From NCBI GenBank assembly GCA_965214705.1, contig CBDCCI010000002.1, positions 1,312,001 through 1,376,000 on the forward strand: 64,000 nucleotides of DNA, in the 5' to 3' direction. Origin of the DNA: Alphaproteobacteria bacterium. GTDB lineage: Bacteria > Pseudomonadota > Alphaproteobacteria > UBA828. How positions within the stretch are numbered: the first letter of the stretch is position 1; every line of letters begins with the position of its first letter. Made by a program: the position numbers and the translations under genes. This document shows, piece by piece, positions 59,861 to 64,000 of the stretch. The notes beneath the pieces were generated by a model. It made no database searches. It had not been told where the DNA came from and saw nothing but the letters and a program-made list of their open reading frames with translations.

Positions 59861-61060
59861 GTGCCGCAGGCGCCGGACGAGACGGCGCTTCGGCTGGGAC
59901 GGCTCAAGCGGCTCCGCGCGGAGATGGCGCGGATGGAATTCGCTGCGCTCGTGCTGACCGATCCGCACAACGTGCGCTACGCCACCGGCGCCCGGAACAT
60001 GATGCCGTTCCTTCTGCGCAATCCGGCGCGCTACGTGTTCGTGCCCATGGAAGGCCCGGTCGTGTTGTTCGAGTTCGCGGGTTGCGAGCACATGGAACGT
60101 GATAACCCGGCGATCGACGAGATCCGCGTTTCGACGACGGTCTCATACGTGGCGCGCGGGCCCCTGCTGGATGAGACGGCAAGGCTCTGGGCCGAGGAGA
60201 TTGCCGCGCTGATGCGCCAGTACTGTCCGGGCGAGACACGGATCGGCTTGGAACGCATCGATGCACGGGCCGTCGGCTATCTGGCGGATCGGGGGTTCAC
60301 GATCCTCGATGCGCAGGCCCCGACAGAGAGAGCGCGTGCGATCAAGACGCCGGAGGAAATCGTCTGCTCGAAGCGCTCCATGGCGTGCGTCATGGCGGCG
60401 GAAAAGACTCTCGAAGTCTCGATCCGGCCGGGAATCACCGAGAACGCGCTGTGGGCAGAGTTCCACCGCCATGTGATTGCCAATGATGGCGACTACGTGG
60501 AGACCCGGCTGCTCAGCTCGGGCGAGAAAACCAACCCCTGGTTTCAAGAGACCGACGACCGCGTGATCCGCGCCGGTGACCTGGTAGCGCACGATACAGA
60601 TGTCGTGGGACCGCACGGCTATTACGCCGATTTTTCACGCACCTTCCTCTGCGGCGACGGCCGGCCGACCCCGGAACAGCGAACGCTCTATCGCCTCGCC
60701 CATGAGCAGATCCAGCACAACATGGCGCTGATCGCACCGGGACGGACGTTCCGGGAAATCACGGAGTCGGCCTGGAAAATTCCCGCACCGTACTACGCCA
60801 GGCGCTATTACCTGATGGTTCACGGCATCGGGGCGACCGGCGAATACCCCTATGTCGTGTACGAGGCCGACTACGATGGGGGGCGGGACTACGACGGTGT
60901 CATTGAACCCAACATGACGCTCTGCGTGGAAAGCTTCATCGGTCACGAGGAAGGGAGCGAAGGGGTAAAATTGGAGCAACAGGTTCTGGTCACCGAAACA
61001 GGTTTCGAACTGATGAGCACGTTTCCCTTCGACGAGAGGTTGCTCGGCCGCGAGCTGTGA
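59861..61060 (+). CDS. M24 (Xaa-Pro) metallopeptidase-family protein, DddP-like
   Basis: DPHNVRYATG, ETRLLSSG..TNPWFQE, HDTD...DFSRT, HGIG...EYP and GVKLEQQVL motifs. Confidence 0.85.
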   Translation: MPQAPDETALRLGRLKRLRAEMARMEFAALVLTDPHNVRYATGARNMMPFLLRNPARYVFVPMEGPVVLFEFAGCEHMERDNPAIDEIRVSTTVSYVARGPLLDETARLWAEEIAALMRQYCPGETRIGLERIDARAVGYLADRGFTILDAQAPTERARAIKTPEEIVCSKRSMACVMAAEKTLEVSIRPGITENALWAEFHRHVIANDGDYVETRLLSSGEKTNPWFQETDDRVIRAGDLVAHDTDVVGPHGYYADFSRTFLCGDGRPTPEQRTLYRLAHEQIQHNMALIAPGRTFREITESAWKIPAPYYARRYYLMVHGIGATGEYPYVVYEADYDGGRDYDGVIEPNMTLCVESFIGHEEGSEGVKLEQQVLVTETGFELMSTFPFDERLLGREL

Positions 61061-61062
61061 CG

Positions 61063-61683
61063 ATGGGGATGTTGTTTCCGCCGCTTCCGTCTGGAGAATT
61101 CGACATTCTCTATGCCGATCCGCCCTGGGACTACAAAGGGCAGCTGCAGCACGCCGGCGAGGGTAGCCAGGATACGGGAGGCGCGGTCAGGCACTATCCG
61201 ACCGTGACCCTGGATGACCTCAAGACGTTGAACGTGTCGAGCATTTCAGCACAAGACAGTCTCCTGTTCATGTGGGCAACCAATCCGCATCTGGACCAGG
61301 CCATTGACCTGGGAAAGGCGTGGGGCTTTGCGTGGGCAACCGTGGCCTTCGTGTGGGATAAGGTAAGGGTAAATCCCGGCTTTTATACCATGAGCCAATG
61401 CGAGTTATGCCTCGTGTTCAAGAAAGGAAAGATCCCGTCCCCGCGCGGCGCCAGAAACGTGCGCCAGCTCGTCACCGCCAAGCGGGAGGCTCACTCGCAA
61501 AAACCCGATGAAGTGCGGCTGCGCATCGAAGAGATGTTTCCGCTTCTCCGCAAGATCGAACTGTTCGCGCGCGAGAAGGATGAGCAGTGCCTCACCGATG
61601 ATCGTTGGACGAAATGGGGATTCGAAGCGCATGGCGCGGAAACACCTGGAGTGTCGGGAGAGTTGGCAGGCCGTTGCTGCTGA
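61063..61683 (+). CDS. MT-A70-family N6-adenine methyltransferase (M.MunI-like)
   Basis: ILYADPPWDY, LFMWATNPHL, WGF..FVWDK, ELCL, HSQKP, KIELFAR and WG motifs. Confidence 0.9.
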   Translation: MGMLFPPLPSGEFDILYADPPWDYKGQLQHAGEGSQDTGGAVRHYPTVTLDDLKTLNVSSISAQDSLLFMWATNPHLDQAIDLGKAWGFAWATVAFVWDKVRVNPGFYTMSQCELCLVFKKGKIPSPRGARNVRQLVTAKREAHSQKPDEVRLRIEEMFPLLRKIELFAREKDEQCLTDDRWTKWGFEAHGAETPGVSGELAGRCC

Positions 61684-62182
61684 GAGAGGAGGAAAACTAG
61701 GGAAAGTATTCGACTTGATCATGCTTCACTACTTTATCGATTTGCCAATCGCAAGCGTAGAGAACCCGAAAGAACCCAGAGCAATTTACGGAGACGAACA
61801 CAGTCGGCACGGTATCGCTCCCGATTGCGCGTTTCGACATCGAGACATCAACAGGTCCGTGTTTATCGAAATCAAACAACAATGGGTAAAGGGAAACGCC
61901 CACGAGCGGGCTTGCAAATTCGTGATGCCTGGAATTCTAAACTCGACTAGGCGGATTGGTAATCAGCCTCCGGGATTAATTCCGGTTTGGTGGATTTTTG
62001 CTGACGAGGTCGCTTCCGATTCCCGCGACAGGCGAGAGATATTGCATTGGCTTCAGGGGATCAAGGCCCATGTCTTATTATCGGAGAATATCACAGATAA
62101 AAACCCGTCATCGATCATTTCGAGCAGCACATACAGCCGCTTATTTCGTAAATCGAAAAAGTGGCTAACAACGCATTGCTAG
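61631..62182 (+). CDS. MunI-like type II restriction endonuclease, possibly frameshifted near its 3' end
   Basis: ATG at 61631 (MARKHLECRESWQ). HGIAPD...FIEIK is a PD-(D/E)xK motif, followed by GNAHERACK. Low GC, overlapping an MT-A70 methyltransferase. Confidence 0.75.
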   Translation: MARKHLECRESWQAVAAERGGKLGKVFDLIMLHYFIDLPIASVENPKEPRAIYGDEHSRHGIAPDCAFRHRDINRSVFIEIKQQWVKGNAHERACKFVMPGILNSTRRIGNQPPGLIPVWWIFADEVASDSRDRREILHWLQGIKAHVLLSENITDKNPSSIISSSTYSRLFRKSKKWLTTHC

Positions 62183-62457
62183 ACGGGAGAAATGGGATCA
62201 ATCTTGCATCGAGTGCGTGTTCTCGCGCCTGAGCTCAACGGCGTGACATGTGTCAGCGATGCGATCTGCATGGAGGATGTAACGCGCTGCGAGGAGGCGT
62301 CGGCCCGTCCTGTCGGAACCCTGGCAAGGATACCGTTCTCAGTTCGAGGCGTGGTTGAAATCAGTGGGAAGGAAACGTCTATGGATAGAAGCGGCCAAGT
62401 TGTGACTGCGTCGATCGGCGATCGGGGGCGTCGGCTCTCTCGGAACGGAGGCGCTAT

Positions 62458-63699
62458 ATGACACAGGCATCCGGCGGCACCGCCAACACACTGCGCCAGC
62501 ATGGTGCGATGGAGCACAGCAATTCGCCCTGCGATCTCGACGAGATGCGCCACTACCGGCTCGGGCGCGTGCGCGAGGCGCTGGCCGCCCGCGATCTCGC
62601 CGGCATCATCCTCTACGACCCGCTGAACATCCGCTACGCCGCCGATGCGTCAAACATGCAGGTGTGGTGCGCCCACAACGAGGCGCGCTACCTCTACGTG
62701 CCGGCGGAAGGGCCGGTTCGGCTGTTCGAGTTCGGCGGCGGCAGCGACCTGCTCACCGCCGGGCTCCCCACCATCGACGAGGTCCGCGGCGCGACCTATG
62801 TGCTCTATTTCATCGCCGGCGGACGACAGGCGGACAACGCGCGGGCCTGGGCGGCTGAGCTGGACTCGGTGATCCGTGAGCACGCGGGCGGTAACCGGCG
62901 CATCGCCATCGACCGGGTCGGACCGGTGGGCATGATCGAAATGCAGCGCCTCGGCTACGAGATCGTCGACGGCTTCGAGGTGATGGAGAACGCCCGGTCG
63001 ATCAAGTCAGCCGGCGAGATCACCCTGATGCGCCACTCGATTGCGGTGTGCGAGCAGGCCATCGCGCAGATGCGCGAGGCGCTCACGCCCGGCATCACCG
63101 AGAACGCGCTCTGGGCCGAGCTCCATCGCGGCAACATCGCCGGCGGCGGCGAGTGGATCGAGTGTCGACTGCTCGCATCCGGGCCACGCACGAACCCATG
63201 GTTCCGAGAATCCTCGATGCGCGTCATCGAGCGCGGCGACATCGTGGCCTTCGACACGGACCTTGTGGGACCCTACGGCTATTGCTGCGACATCTCGCGC
63301 ACCTGGGTGTGCGACGCGCGCCCGAGCGATGAGCAGCGGCGCATCTACGCCGAGGCCTACGCGCAGGTGCAGGAGAACAAGGCGTTGTTGAAGCCGGGCG
63401 CGACATTCCGTGAACTCACCGAGTTCTCGCGCCCCTTCAGCGACGAGTTCGTCGAGGGCCGCTATTCGGTGTCGATGCACGGGGTAGGGCTCTGCGACGA
63501 ATACCCAGCTATCCTCTACCCGCAAGACTATGAGCCCGGAGACGACGGCGTGCTGGAGGAGGGGATGGTGATTTGCGTTGAAGGCCTCGCCGCTCCCGCC
63601 GGCGGCCGTGAGGCGGTCAAACTCGAAGAGCAGGTGCTGATCACCGCAAACGGCCACGAGCAGCTCTCGTCGTATCCGTTGGAGGAGGACTGGCTGTAG
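62458..63699 (+). CDS. M24 metallopeptidase-family protein, DddP (DMSP lyase)-like
   Basis: YRLGRV...YDPLNIRYA.D.SNMQVW, GGEWIECRLLASGPRTNPWF, FDTDLVG.YGYCCDISRTW, HGVGLCDEYP and VKLEEQVLIT motifs. Confidence 0.85.
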   Translation: MTQASGGTANTLRQHGAMEHSNSPCDLDEMRHYRLGRVREALAARDLAGIILYDPLNIRYAADASNMQVWCAHNEARYLYVPAEGPVRLFEFGGGSDLLTAGLPTIDEVRGATYVLYFIAGGRQADNARAWAAELDSVIREHAGGNRRIAIDRVGPVGMIEMQRLGYEIVDGFEVMENARSIKSAGEITLMRHSIAVCEQAIAQMREALTPGITENALWAELHRGNIAGGGEWIECRLLASGPRTNPWFRESSMRVIERGDIVAFDTDLVGPYGYCCDISRTWVCDARPSDEQRRIYAEAYAQVQENKALLKPGATFRELTEFSRPFSDEFVEGRYSVSMHGVGLCDEYPAILYPQDYEPGDDGVLEEGMVICVEGLAAPAGGREAVKLEEQVLITANGHEQLSSYPLEEDWL

Positions 63700-63740
63700 C
63701 AGGGGAGGGGGCGAGCGAAATCGCGCAAGCTCGTGTATCC

Positions 63741-64000
63741 ATGAAGCATGTTCTCGACCTTGATCGCTGGCCCATGGACGCGCTGAATGGTGTGCCGGGA
63801 CGGGCGCTGGTCGCCCGTTGCCGCGATGAGCTGCGGGACACAGGCATGTTCAGCCTGCCGGGGCTCATCCGACGGGAGGCGCTTCGGACGTGTGTCACGG
63901 AGGTGGCGCACCTGTTCGACACCGCCGCCTTCACCCACGCCCGCGATCACAACATCTACTTCGACGACGAGATCGAGGGGCTGGAAGCCGGCTACCCGGC
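63741..64000 (+). CDS. Partial gene running off the window, possibly a 2OG-Fe(II) oxygenase
   Basis: Open frame MKHVLDLDRWPMD...LVARCRDEL..TGMFSLPGL...HNIYFDD to the window end. The family guess rests on the N-terminal pattern only. Confidence 0.5.
   Translation, partial: MKHVLDLDRWPMDALNGVPGRALVARCRDELRDTGMFSLPGLIRREALRTCVTEVAHLFDTAAFTHARDHNIYFDDEIEGLEAGYP

Noticed and set aside
62183-62457. Short ORFs between the nuclease and the second DddP-like gene
   Set aside because: They show no motifs or RBS support and are probably intergenic or remnant sequence.

Overview
A high-GC bacterial window, probably alphaproteobacterial and marine-type. That assignment is inferred from the two DddP-like M24 genes and the gene content. 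The left ~10.5 kb looks like an integrative island. It carries a five-gene alternative Hsp70 operon (large TPR protein, J-domain protein with HPP instead of HPD, GrpE, DnaK paralogue, Zn-ribbon/TPR protein). An intact IS66 with an 8-bp target duplication splits the last gene, and a tyrosine integrase follows. The rest is mostly catabolic and transport genes: LLM oxidoreductase, 2OG-Fe oxygenase, frameshifted MlrC/M81, peptidases, a Liv-type ABC system with one binding protein but two full membrane/ATPase sets, a sugar ABC system whose binding-protein gene is split by IS1595, a Rieske oxygenase/GMC/sugar-ABC cluster, CYTH-CHAD, a dimethylglycine dehydrogenase-like gene and a peptide ABC system. 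Two low-GC islets are embedded. One encodes a small basic protein plus a TIR/NDT-like protein that is hit by a 167-bp MITE. The other is a MunI-like restriction-modification pair between the two DddP-like genes. A second, 263-bp MITE lies at 55609-55871. I recognised no tRNA, rRNA or CRISPR array. All product calls come from motif recognition by eye, and no database searches were run.
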